Assembly (NCBI GenBank): GCA_030390025.1
Contig: CM059429.1
Location: forward strand, 138,384,001 to 138,448,000
Reading direction: 5' to 3'
Source of the DNA: Squalus acanthias
Lineage: Eukaryota
DNA: 64,000 nucleotides
In this document: one piece after another, positions 1-12,100 of the stretch
Numbering within the stretch: position 1 is the first letter of the stretch
Layout: every line of letters begins with the position of its first letter
Translations under genes and position numbers: made by a program
The notes under the pieces: generated by a model
The model's database searches: none
What the model saw: only the letters and a program-made list of their open reading frames with translations
What the model was told of the DNA's origin: nothing

Positions 1-186
1 CAACAAACACTATTAAGAACTGATCTCAAAGGTAGTACATATAGAGCATGTTTCTACTTAAATCAGATCCAAAAAGGGGTTAAATGATATAGAAAACAAT
101 TGGATACCAAATGTTATATTGGGCAAACAAATAAAATTTTTAAATCAAATGGGAATATGGTTGGTGTCAGGTACAAAGATTCAGAT

Positions 187-994
187 TGTTGTAATATACC
201 AGGAAGCCTGCAGGCAGAGTGACATTATTTTGGACTGTAAGATCTTAATGATCTCTGAGTTCTTGGACAAGACACAAATAGGCAGCAGCCAGTATGTTTG
301 AGCAATAGATCAAGATTTATTAAGCTTACAGCGTAATATACTTCACAACAGGCAATAGTTTAACGAGTAGCTCCCAGCCCTCGGTCTCTGGAGCCTCTCG
401 GACACAGGTGACGTCGTCTTCAGTCTGTTCCTTTGTCTTTGCAGTAGATCTGTGTGAAGTTGTCCTTTGAGTATCGAGGTTTTAACCTTTTTCTTATCAA
501 AAGTTTGTTTGGCCAGTGTCCATATATGGTCTTTAACAAAATTACCTTTTTTAATTGGTTCTAATAGTCAAAATACCATTGTCACTCAGACTAAAGTTAG
601 CATCTTGGCCCCGGCTTTCCAGTATTTTTCCTACAACTTTACCATATTCAGTGTTATCTTGTTTATACATTCTTTACCCCACTGAAATTTACCTTATCTC
701 TCCCATTTCTAGCTTCCCTGGTACACAAGCAGTGTTAAGCGAACTCTAATTAAGCTTAGCATTATAATATGTTATTTTAACAATTTAACCCTCACTCGCA
801 GCCTGTGGCTGTTTGTTATCAGAGCTTAGTCAAAACTGTTTCTGACTGTCCTTGCGGCTACATTTGAACAAGCCTTAATATTTCCATACCCACAGGGAAT
901 TGTGGGCAATATTAGTTGGTCAATAGCTGCACTTAAATTTATACATATATGATTCTCATCTACTAAGGACCTCTAAATATCAGTCTTTCGTACA
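187..994 (-). mobile_element. Probable solo LTR
   Basis: TG...CA termini, imperfect 4-bp TSD (AGAT/GGAT), similar length and organisation to 51429-52256. Confidence 0.45.
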
Positions 995-1766
995 GGATGG
1001 ATTCCTGTCATAATACCATTGTTATCTTTCAATGTAAGACCAATAAAAGTATTTAAAGTGAATGCTATAGACTTGTTGGAAGATGAAATAGGTAAGGAGT
1101 TTGTAAACTATTCAAGGAAACTAGTTAGAGGTAATGAGGGAGTCTGGATAGCCCCAGAGAAATTGGTGCCTGGTGATGTAGCTGTGATTTGCTGTAGAGC
1201 ACATCATCAGCATGTGGCCTCACCCCGGATGAAGAATCCCCTAACTGCAATATACAGGTTGATCGATGGAACTCAGAGAACTAATGTTTGGAGAGAGGGA
1301 GGTATTGCGTTACACACCATATGCATGGTTTGGTGGACAACATTTTGCCTTACACCAACCACTGAAAAAAACCTAAATTGGGGTTAAAATATTGGTGCCT
1401 GTTGGGGCCTACGTTGTTACAGGAACTCAAGTAAACGCTACCCACAAGACAGAAGCCTTCCGAGCAGTTGTAAATTTTGGCCACCCAATTCCGCCCTTTC
1501 TTGAATTTTAACTCTATATTGCAATGCATCAGCACTTCTCAGAGACAATATCATCGTTATACAGCAGCAGAGTGATACTGAACAGCCACGTTGGGTAACC
1601 ATGAATGATGGGAAGTGGCATATAGCAGTAATGGTTTGCTTGTTTTTAAAAAAAACAAATCTTAAAGCAAGTTAAGATAAAAGAAAATATGATAAATATT
1701 AGCTCTGACAGGAAAATAAATAGGAGGTCTTTCAAGCCTCAAAGTGGGGAATGTAAGAATATCAAT

Positions 1767-2527
1767 GGGCCAGAAATTCGGCTCCCTGGCTTCCCACGGG
1801 TGCAAGGATCGCGCGCGCACCTACCTACCGCGCCTGTCGTTGACCTCTGGGCCCACGGAGACTTCAGCTCCTGGGCCTCCTGCAGCTGCCGGCGCGCAGT
1901 GCTTGTGTATCCCAGGGGCGTAGTTAGTGCGATGCGTCCCCTGGGATCACGTGGGCCATGGAGAGCCAATGGCAGCAGACCATCTTTCATTCATAGATTT
2001 GACAGGAAGACCTGTCAAATCTATGAATTGAAATCGGCTCCAAAACAACACCTAAACTTCAAATAAATTGGAAAAAAAACCATCACATTTTTAAAATAAC
2101 TAAGTTAAATAAATTAACTACTTTAAACAAAAATTTAAATTTTTGAAAAAATTAAAATACTTTTTAACAGTGCTAAAAATAAACTTACCTTTCTTTAAAG
2201 TATCTAAAAAAGATAAACCTGTTGAAAAAATGTTTAAATTGTAATTAATTAACCACTTACCTTGTTAAAAACGGGTCTTGCGCCTCCTTTTTAAAAGCGC
2301 AGCTTCTTCCATACTTACCTTCCCAGAGAAACCTGAAAAAAAAACGAAGTTCGCTGCGTGCGCGCAGCCTCTCCCGCGCACGCAGTTCACCTCTGAACCC
2401 CTCCCTTCAGGGGAACGGAAGTTCCGGTTTCCCGCGCATGCGCAGTGCATGCAGGAAACCGGCACTTCAGGAGGCCTTACGGGTGAGTACACAGCGCGTA
2501 CTCACCCGGCAAGTGCCGAGTTTTGAC
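1767..2527. mobile_element. Non-autonomous TIR element (GC-rich ends, AT-rich core)
   Basis: Starts GGGCCAGAAATTCGGC and ends GCCGAGTTTTGAC (degenerate inverted match). Confidence 0.4.
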
Positions 2528-3045
2528 ATTACTTTTAGTTCTAACAAAGACAAAATGGTAATGTAGACAGAACTGGTATAAATTATGTTCTCGAAAAGCC
2601 TGTCTTTTCCCCTCAATGATGCTGATAACATTGGAGAAGGATCAATTTCAGGACAAAGGATATTGTATGGTAAAGATAGGCACATATAAATAACTAAGCT
2701 AGGTGGAGAAATATTGAACTTAAAGAAGTGGATTGAATCATCTAAGCTTTTGGAGCACAGCCTTTTCATCACAGCAGGGTAAGAGCATCAAATGTTGTTT
2801 ACAACAAAGCTATGGCTTGGGGAAAAGCAGTGATTGGAAGTAACAGTATGGTGTGAAAATGCATGGAGCCTCTTATCTGTTTGGCAATCGGTTTGAACAA
2901 CTGGGTGGTCATTAAACATCGGATGGGGTTGCATCCAACAGGAAGTGAACCATAAAAGAAAATTATATAAAGAGATGCCGTGTATTTAATTAGAAAGAGA
3001 CAATTGCTGCTTTCAAAACCCAAAGGCCTGAACAGGCTTGGAGAA

Positions 3046-3178
3046 AAGTGAGAAGTCGCACAACACCAGGTTATAGTCCAACAGTTTTATTTGAAATCAC
3101 AAGCTTTCGGAGCTGCTGCTCCTTCGTCAGGTGAAGTGAAGAAATACAAATCGGCACAGCATATATAGACAGAGAACA
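3046..3178 (-). mobile_element. Family A Penelope-like fragment with intact hammerhead motif (3097-3134, - strand)
   Basis: Same arm sequence as 9379; flanked by AGGCTTGGAGAA direct repeats (3034-3045 and 3179-3190). Confidence 0.7.
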
Positions 3179-4654
3179 AGGCTTGGAGAAGGCAGCTTCA
3201 TGGGTATTCATTACATCTATGCACAGTAAGTTTTGGACACGGGGCTAACGTGCATTACTCTGTATGGTTGGTTATGGAGTTTAAGATTAATGTTTTGTCA
3301 ATAATAAATGCAGTGAATTATCAAACATATTACTGTCTCTAACTTTATGAATCTGTTTAATGGGTAAAGGACTTATGCAACAATTATAACCTCTTCGTTC
3401 TGGTATCATCATTGTAAACGTTGTGCTTGAGTTTGTAGAAATGCCTCCGTGTTAGTAGGGACAGCTCTTCTTCCTGACACCTAATGGAGCATTAAACAAT
3501 GTGTTGGTTATTTACAGGTTATAAATATAAGTCACAATAAAGTGAATGAAGCTAATTTTAAAAAATGATGAATACAGAACACTTTTAAAGTGATCAGGTC
3601 TTAAAGGGAGCACTGTACTAAAAGTTTATGCTAGTTCTTCCTCTGTAGCATTGCAATGGAATAAATTGCCATTCTTCCTAAAATCTGGAACATGCTGTTC
3701 CCTTGGAATGACACTTCCACTTCTCCCAGTTTGAAGCCCTCCAGTCTGTCTTGTGAACTGTCCACAGCACTGAAACGGCACTAGTCAAAGTCACCGATGA
3801 TAATCTATGTGACTGTGATTGCAGTTTGCTGTCCCTGCTCCTCATTCTCTCCACCACTTTTGACACTGTCCACCTCTGTGACACTACTCTCCCAGTTTCA
3901 CTCTTACCTGCCGCACCATAGACAACACATCACGTTCAATGGTTTCTCCTCCCATGCCTCCACAGTCTTTGACTATCTCCCATCCTGGGCCTTCTCGTGG
4001 TAAGGCCCCCAACTTTGTTTCCTCAATTACAATGGGCACAGATTTGTGCTTATCTGGAGCACAACTAGTTTACCCATCCATCACCAGATCTGACTGGACA
4101 ACATCAAACACTATCGGACCTAACTCAGCTCCTCCAAAACCACCCACTACTCCAGGATCAGCCTGCAGAGAAAAGATAACCACCAGCTTCTTTTCTTCAT
4201 TACCAACCATCTCCTTAAACCCCTCTCTCCTACCCCAACATCCTCACCTTTAACATGGAGCATGGAGCTCACTGACTTCTTTGTCACTAAGATTGTCCCC
4301 TCATGCCCTCTCCGAGCTTATTTCATCCATAACACATACCTCCTGCTCTCTTGACCCCATTTCCATTCAACTTCTGACCATTCAACTTTCCTTTCTGGTC
4401 CATGCTAACTGACATTATGGTCTCCTCTCCTGAGGTACTGCCATGCCCTTTCAAAACTGCCATCATCATCCTCTCCTTAAATAACCCACACACACTCGAC
4501 CCCTCTGTCCACCAAATTGCCAAAATAGGCGGACAGATCCCAAGTTTAACATCTCATCAAAAAGACAGCACCTCCAACAACACAGCACCCCCTCAACACT
4601 GAAGTGTCAGTCTAGACACAGAGCTGGAATCGGTGGTGGGGCTTGTACCCTGAC

Positions 4655-5265
4655 TCAACAACACCAATAACAACTTGCGTCTTTAACGTAGTAAAATGTC
4701 CCAAGGCACCGAGCCACATAAGGGGATATATGGGCAGATGACAGGTAGGTTTTAAGGAGCGTAGTAAAGGAGGAAAGAGAGGTAGAGAGGTGGAGGTCTA
4801 GGGAGGGAATTCCAGAGTTTAGGGCCTCGGCAGCTGAAGGCACGGCCACCAATGGTGGAGTGATTAAAATCGGGATGCACAAGAGGCCAGAATTGGAGGA
4901 GCGCAGATATCTCAGAGGGTTGTAGGGCTGGAAGAAGTTACAGAAATAGGGAGGGACAAGGCCATTGAGGGATTTGAAAACAAGGATGAGAATTTTAAAA
5001 TCGAGGGGTTGCTTAACCAGGAGCCAATATAGGTCAATGAGCACAGGGATGATGGGTGAATGGGACTTAGAATCATAGAACTGTAACAGCACAGAAGGCC
5101 ATTCGGCCCATCGAGCCCGACTTGGTGCAGTTAGGATACGGGTAGCAGAGTTTTGGATAAGCTCAAGTTTATGGCGGGTGGAAGTTGGGAGGCCATCCAG
5201 GAGTGTGTTGGAATAGTCACGTCTAGAGGTAACAAAGACATGGATGAATGTTCCAGCAGCAGATG
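4655..5265 (-). mobile_element. L2 LINE 3' end
   Basis: DYSNTLLDGLP..IQNSATRILT..LDFKILILVFKSLNGL, typical L2 RT C-terminus. Confidence 0.8.
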
Positions 5266-5829
5266 AGCAGAGACAGAGGTGTGTGTGTGTGCCCTTGTGA
5301 TAAACTGACACATGAACGGCCATAAAGCCCATGTTTTGCTGCTCTTGGGCGCAAATCATAGAATAGTACAGCACAGAAGGAGTCCATTCATCCCATTGAG
5401 TCTGCGTCGGCTCTTTCGAAGAGCAATCCAGTTAGTCCCACTCCCCCGCTCTTTCCCCATATCCCTGCAATTTTTTCTCCTTCAAGTATTTATCCAATTC
5501 CCTTTTGAAGGCGACTATTGAATCTGTATCCACCACCCTATCAGGCAGTGCATTCCAAATCCTAACCACCCATTGTGTAAATTTTTTTCCCCTCATATTG
5601 GCTCTGGTTCTTTTGCCAATCACCTTAAATCTGTGCGCTAATACTTTGTTACACAATAGAATCCTCTCTTCCCTTCCTCTCCTGAAAGCACTGCCTGCCT
5701 GGGGTACAGTTTCAAGTATCTATTATTCACATGTAAGCTTTACAAATGAGCAGCCAACTTCAGCTCTATAATTAGCATCACTATGAGCATTAACCCTCCG
5801 CACCATCCTGGTTCAAGATGCACGCCAAG

Positions 5830-6122
5830 GGAAGCAGCCAATCAGAGACTCGTGTCGTGTCGGGTCCGCCCGCCCCGCCCAGCCCCGCCCCCAGCCATGC
5901 CATCTTCTCACATTCTGATTGGTGCTTGCTGCTGTCCGTTATCCGGAGAGAATTTAAAAGTACGGTACCCGGATGAAACCGCTGGTTTCCCGCCCCGAAC
6001 TTGGTGCCGGCTTTTGATTGGGTGAGACCGCAGCGCCGGCATTGGCGATCTGCGTGCGGCGTCGGGTGTCACGTGACTTGGATAGGCTGGTGTTTCTCTG
6101 GACCTCTGATAACAAGAGTGGG
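5830..6122 (+). promoter_or_regulatory. CpG-island promoter of TTF2 (GC boxes, several CCAAT/ATTGG boxes)
   Basis: CpG-rich stretch with CCGCCC repeats (~5866-5890), CCAAT at ~5838 and ATTGG at ~5918, 6017 and 6041, directly upstream of the ATG at 6123. Confidence 0.7.
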
Positions 6123-6150
6123 ATGGAGAAGGTGCTATGCGAGGAACATG
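6123..6150 (+). CDS. TTF2: TTF2 exon 1 ([10 protein letters not shown])
   Basis: ATG 6123, donor GTACGT at 6151; matches the TTF2 N-terminus (human MEEVRCPEHG). Confidence 0.9.
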
Positions 6151-9100
6151 GTACGTTTAAGTGCTCGGGTAGTTCTTATTGGAAGTGTGTGTGTGCGCGC
6201 GCGCCCGAACGGCTCGGGGGGGAATAAGAATGAATCCAATCCTCGATTTGAAAACGTCATTCCGGACGTGACGTACTTTTACTGGCAGTTGGTGGGACCA
6301 AGCCAGCGCAGCTGTGGGGTTTGGACCAATCAGTACGTTGAAAGATGTGAATTTCCGGCAGCTTTCCACGTGGGGGCGATGACGTTCCGAGATCGGGTGC
6401 TGGCCCCGGGGGATTTGGAACGTTGCTGGCAGGGTAGCTTTAGACTCGAAATAACAACAGAAAACGCTGGAAAAACTCAGCAGGCCAGGCAGCATCCGTG
6501 GAGAGAAACAGTTAATGTTTCAGGTTTCAGGAAATGAAATATGTCTGGCCCGCTGAGTTTTTCCAGCGTTTTCTGTTGTAGATTTAAAGCAAGTATAGAG
6601 CAAGTATAAAGCTGGGAAAAGGGGGAGGGGATGTTCTTTCACCCCCTCCCCCTTTTCCCAGCTTTATACTTGCTTTAAATCTATTTCATTTCCTGCTTTT
6701 TTCCAGTTCTGACGAAAGGTCTTCGACTGAAACGTTAACTCTGTTTCTCTCTCCAGGGATGCTGCCTGGCCTGCTGAGTTTTTCCAGCGTTTTCTGTTGT
6801 TATTTCGGATTTCCAGCATCCGCAGTATTTTGCTATAGTATTGGCTTTAGACTCGCTTGTGCAAGACAGAGACGGTTGTCTCCTTCAAAACTAGAAGGGA
6901 GAAGTTGCATTCATACAGCCCCTTTTCACCGCTTCACAATGTGCCAAGGCGCTGACCATTCAATGCATTATTTCAGATGTGGAGTAACCTATTATGGGAG
7001 GAAATGTTGAACCCGACTTACCCCAGTGTACTCCCCACCCCCCCCCACCCCGACCATGTTTGAAGAAAGGCAGGGAGTGCTCCATGTGCTAACCAACATT
7101 CATTCCTCAACCACCACCCAAAAATAGATTAACTGGTCTTTCATTTCATTTTCTGTTTGTGTGATCTTGCTGAGTTTCTTTACATAACAGCCGTGACTGC
7201 TCATCAAAAGTAATGCATTGGTTTTGGGATGAGGACATGAAAGGTGCGAGCTCATTCTGATTCTACTCTGCTACAGCTACGTATCTTAACTCCAACCATC
7301 CCTTCTCCCCTGCCCCATAACATTGCAAAGTTTCCATTTCTCACACCCACTTTTAAAATCTTTAGTATCAAATTGTAAGCAAAAAATCTAGATGCTGGAA
7401 ACCTAAAAGAAAAACAAAATGCTGGAAACCGCAGGTATATTTTGTTGCTGATTACATAACTTAAGGCCACTTGTTAACATTGCCATAGAAATGCAATAAA
7501 AACAGAATATACAAGAAACACTCAGCAGGTCAGCCACCATCTGTGGAGAGAAACAGTTAATGTTTCAGGTTGATGACCTTTCATCAGAACGGGTGTTTCA
7601 TCGACCTGAAACATTAACTCTGTTTCTCTCTCCACAGATGCTGCCTGACCTGCTGACTGTTTCCAGCATTCCCTGTTTTTATTTCAGATTTTCAGCATCC
7701 ACAGTACTTGGCTTTTATTTTTGTATGATTACTATATCCACAAGTGAGGTTGACTGGGATATGGTGATTGGAGATATTTCAAATTTCAAATCTGAGCAAA
7801 ACTAGTCTAAGCTGCTTTGTGACATTGGCTTTGTCACCGTGTAGCTGTTGTATAGGAATTTTATTTCTAGTATTTCTCTGGACAAGTGTTACAGAACAAA
7901 GTGTGCTTACTGTGACTCATCGGCACATGTATCCATTGCAGGTAGTTTAGAAAACACCTGTACAGGAGGTTACCTGCATGCAAACATGGTGCAGTAAGTG
8001 TGTTTTGGTATTGAAATGACTTCATAAATCTGTCAAAAGAGCATTTTCATTGTTTTAGCTTAGTTTTCAGGAAAAAGAAAGCCACAATGTTCTGGGCCAG
8101 TGGAAGAGTTAGAGAAGACATTGATTAGCAATCACTGGTCAGGGAAAGCACTGAAGCTTTGTTCCTGGATATAATAAAGTAGACCCAGTAACATGGTAGG
8201 TAGTGTAGACTTGAGCATAAAATTACAAGGAGACATTGATAGATTAAGTGAGTGGGCAAAACTGTGGCAGATGGATTGGGCAACACGGTGGCATAGTGGT
8301 TAGCACTGTTGCCTCACAGCGCCAGGGACCCGGATTCGAATCTGGCCTCGGGTGACTGTCTGCGTGGGTTTCCTCCGGGTGCTCCGGTTTCCTCCCACAG
8401 TCCAAAGATGTGTGGGTTAGGTTGATTTGGCTATGATAAATTGACCCTTAGTGTTAGGGGGATTAAATACGTGGGGTTACGGGGATAGGGTGGGATATGT
8501 GTCGGTGCAGGCTCGATGGGCCGAAATGGCCTCTATCTGCACTGTGGGGATTCTGTGATTCTGTGATTTCAATGCAGATAAGTGGTCATCCATTTTGGAC
8601 TAAAAAAGGATAGATTTGAGTATTATTTAAATGGTGAAAAGCTAGAAACAATGGTGGCCCAAAGAGAGCACCTTAGGAACTGTATATTGGCCTTGGAAGG
8701 AGTGCAGCACAGATTCACCAGAATGTTACCAGAGCTCCAAGGGTTGAATTATGAGGAGGGAGTACACAAACTAGGCTTGTATTTCCTGGAATATAGAAGG
8801 TTAAGGGTGATTTTATTGAGGTTTTTAGATTTTGAAAGGAACTGATAGGGTAGATAGAAACCTTTTCCACTGGTGGGGCGTCTAAGACAAAGGTATATAA
8901 CTTAAAAATCAGAGCCAGGCCATTTAGGAGAGAAGTTAGAATACATTTCTTCACGCAAAGGGTGGTAGAAGTGTGGAACTCGCTCCCACAAAAAGCAGTA
9001 GATGCTCGCTCAATTAATCATTTTAATCTGAGCTCGATAGATTTTTGCTGGCCAAGGGTATTAAGGGATATGGAACCAAAGGGAGTAAATAGAGTTAGGA

Positions 9101-12100
9101 TACCGATCAGCCATGATCTCATCGAATGACAGAACAGACTCGAGGGCTGAATGTTACTCCAGTTCCTATGTTCTGTAGGATCCATTCCTCCCCCCCAGCA
9201 GTAAAAATTAGACTATGACATACAAAAACCCAGAACTGCACAGCCCGCAAAAAGAGCTGGGCAATAAAGGGTTAATTCAGACATTGCAGCCGAATTGCTA
9301 TACGAAGGTTTTCTGTCTAGGGAAGATACAAGAACATTCGCATATTCATTTACCTTAAGGGGTTACATTGTTAAAGAAAAGTGAGAAGTCGCACAACACC
9401 AGGTTATAGTCCAACAGCTTTATTTGAAATCACAAGCTTTCGGAGCACAGCCCATATGCATTTCTTCACTTCACCTGACGAAGGAGCAGCGCTCCGAAAG
9501 CTTGTGATTTCAAATAAAGCTGTTGGACTATAACCTGGTGTTGTGCGACTTCTCACTTTTGTCCACCCCAGTCCAACACCGGCATCTCCGCATCATTGTT
9601 AAAGAAGCGCACCTTGGACCATGGCTCCAGAAAAGCTGGTATCAGCGCAGGCCTAGACAATGGGCCGGGCCTTGAACCATTTGAATACGAATGCTAACAG
9701 AAATGAACAATTAGCATATGCAGTCACCTTGGGAAGGTTGCATTGTCAGAAAGGACCTCAATACAGACAGTCGGTGCCCAAGTAATCAATGCGAGGGACA
9801 ATTAGCCATCAAGAGTTCTCTGCTAGAGACTTTCACACATTTTGATACGGCCATCGTGTGCACAGGAGGGGACAGGAATAGTGTTTCAAGATATTGCAAG
9901 TTGGTTTTGGGTATAAAAAAAAAGCCACTTCGAAGAGAGACGGCGTCGGAATCTAACGCAAGAACAGCGAGCAGAAGGATTCGGGCCTACAATCAACTCC
10001 AGGAGACAGCCGATCAGGAGTGGTGATTGTATGTTTTAGTCAAATCATAGAGGGGGCTTTTGTGATTGAGTCTGAGTAAGTTTGTAAGTTTCAGTCAGAT
10101 CACAATGAGGGTTTTGTGATTGAGCCTGGGTAACTTTATATGCAACAGTGAAATCGCGGACGGGTTTAACTGTGTCATATTGTGTCGATGCAAATGACCC
10201 TTGCGTAGGGGTTTATATTTTGGGGTTGGTAGTCTAATATAAATCGTAGAGATTTATACTGGGGAGGTGTGTGTCTGTGTCTGTCTTTAACCACGTCTGC
10301 CCTCTCAAGTGAATGTAAAAGATCCCATGGCACTATTCACAGAGGAACAGGGGAGTGCTTCCAGTGTCCTGGCCAACATTTATCCCTGAACCAACACCCA
10401 AAACTGATAGTCTGGTCATTTATTTCATTGCTGTTTGTGAGAGCTTGCTGTGATCAAATTGGCTGCCATGCTTCCGACATTACACAGTACTACACTGCAA
10501 AAGTACTTATTTGGCTGTAAAGTGCTTTGGGACATGCTGAGCTTGTGAAAGGTGTTGTATAAATGCAAGTTTTTCTTTTTTATTTCTTCACCCTAACTCT
10601 TTTCTTGATTGTATGTTCTCGTATTTCCTGCAGGAACCCTGTGTTTTCTGAAAACAGGAGTGAGAGATGGAGCCACCAAAGGAAAGAGTTTCTATCTCTG
10701 CGGAAACCAGCATCGCTCACCGTGTGCATTCACACAGCTTGCTGAGTACGTATTGCTTGTTCTAGATCACAATATAGAGGAGGAAGTAGGAGTAATGATT
10801 TGTTGAGAAATATTTGTGTTGAAACATTTTACTCTAAGATGCAGTCTTTAGAATCCAGTTCGAAATTTTTGGAGCAAAGCAATGTGGAGTTTCACAGGTT
10901 GCTGGAAATTGACGTACAAACTTCTGTCATTGGTCAAAACATTTGTGCCTATTGAGGAAGTTTGGCAATCATTTCAAGGCCCTGTACTGTTTAGAAAATC
11001 GGGACATTTTTCCTGGTGTCCTAACCAACTTATCCCTTAACCAACACCATGAAAAAACGATTAACTAGTCATTTATCTTACTGATGTCTGTGACACCTTG
11101 CTGTGTGCAAATTGTCTGCCACATTTATCTATAGGACAACAGTGATTGTACTTCTAAAGTAACTCATTAGCTGCAAAGCACTTTGGGATGTCCTGCGGAT
11201 GTGAATGATAGTTGTTACAAATTTCAGATATTCTCTCGGGTTCAGCGGTTCTGGGTATTCCTGTAAGTGACTCCCGTGTCTTGTGTTTAGGAGCATGTCT
11301 GTACTGCCGAATAGCTAATTATACAATAGCGTAACATGGGGATGGACCCCTTTGTGATCTGAACCAGGTAGAGACTTTCGCATCTGTTCTTTTCCAGTCT
11401 TTCAGTTGGTACACTGAGAAACACTTTATTGAGAAGAAGTCAGATATGAATCACAAAGCTGCTTTATTTCACAGGCAGCAAGGGAACATACAGAGTAACA
11501 GTTGTAATCAAATTTCACCTTAATCCATCTCATTTTAGTTCCTGTCTTGTGATTAAGTAAAATAATAAAAAATACATCACACTGTTATTTTTAGCAGGTT
11601 AAAAAAAATTACTTTTCTTGGTCAGTCTTTTTTCCCTGGAACCTGGCCAGCTATCCAAGCCAAGGTTGGCTTTCTTGCCTGGACCTAGCTGGCTTCCCTC
11701 TCAGTAGACCTCACCAACTGACTGACCAACACATGGGTCTTTATTCTCTTGTTTCCTTTCCCACAGGAAGTTGGCTTGATTCCTGATCCCTCCCCCTCTC
11801 TCAGGTTGGCCAGAGCTGCTGATCAAGCCTATTATCGTGCCCTCCACACCCCTGGGTGTGTGTCCCTAGAAACTATCTCCTGCTATTGTCAAAATGAATG
11901 GGAGAATATTGACATAATGGGCTCGATTTTGTCAATGGGGACGTGATGGAGGCGGGACTCCCACTTTTTGGGTTGTAGTCCCGCCTCCATCGATTTGTGG
12001 CCAACCCACGCTACTTTCCCTTGATTGACCTTGTTAAGCCTGCCCAGCGGGCTCAGCAGGCCAATTAAGGGACACCTGGATACTGGTGACGTCAGCGATT

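Noticed and set aside
995-3450. ORFs 1019-1387, 1350-1535 and 2467-3023 as a possible upstream gene or viral remnant
   Set aside because: No recognisable motifs or coherent splice structure; would need a translated search.
6001-6537. 178-aa ORF over the TTF2 promoter
   Set aside because: By-product of the GC-rich island running into a repeat; the real coding part is the 28-nt exon 1 in another frame.
7960-7999. Sequence loosely resembling TTF2 exon 1 (CAGGAGGTTACCTGCATGCAAACATGGT)
   Set aside because: No matching ATG and a 1-nt frame offset; too short to distinguish from chance.
9174-10260. LTR-like segment (TGTAG start, TATA-like box ~9913)
   Set aside because: Could not define a 3' CA terminus or TSD, so it was not called.
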